Source: Stegostoma tigrinum (Eukaryota). Taken from it: DNA of 64,000 nt. The DNA lies in assembly GCF_030684315.1 (NCBI RefSeq), contig NC_081369.1:51009598-51073597 (forward strand), in the 5' to 3' direction. The translations under genes were made by a program, and so were the position numbers. Under the pieces are notes generated by a model. The model was not told the DNA's origin. It did not search any database and worked only from the letters and a program-made list of their open reading frames with translations. This document shows positions 63,805 through 64,000 of this stretch, piece by piece (within the stretch, counting starts at the first letter, position 1; each line of letters begins with the position of its first letter).

Positions 63805-63870
63805 CCTAATTGCTGGAAATACTCAAAGGGTCAGGCAGCATCTCAAGAGAGAGAAACAGTATTAATTTTA
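63805..63870 (-). mobile_element. Short Penelope 3' fragment
   Basis: TTGCTGGAAATACTCAAAGGGTCAGGCAGCATCT..GAGAGAGAAACAG, similar to 6050-6170. Confidence 0.6.
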
Positions 63871-64000
63871 AGGTTGCCGTTTATAATTAAATATGTTGCT
63901 GGACATTTCATCACATGTTTGTTCCCCATGTCCCAGCCATTAATCAGCCATCACAGCCAACCTTATACCTCAATGGATGGTATCTGAATGTCAATCAGTC

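Overview
Eukaryotic (vertebrate) DNA, most likely from a shark, inferred from HE1-like SINEs and shark-type Penelope and CR1 repeats. The window holds the last two coding exons of MTHFSD (+, 1018-1143 and 2734-3285). Convergent to it lies the complete two-exon FOXF1 gene (-, 45171-44190 and 41663-41503; 380 aa), the same arrangement as the human FOXF1-MTHFSD-FOXC2-FOXL1 locus. About 19 kb of FOXF1 upstream DNA follows; it is relatively CpG-rich and TE-poor near the gene and carries GLI and FOX motifs. The most striking structure is a very young Penelope-like (Neptune-type RT + GIY-YIG) insertion at 35124-39282. It forms a 1.66-kb near-perfect inverted repeat, is bounded by a perfect 15-bp TSD, and carries hammerhead-ribozyme cores. 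At least five miniature insertions of the same element class are scattered through the window, each flanked by a TSD. Most of the supplied ORF track is spurious. I see no clearly new protein system; the best leads are the Penelope/hammerhead insertion series and a possible FENDRR-like divergent transcript.
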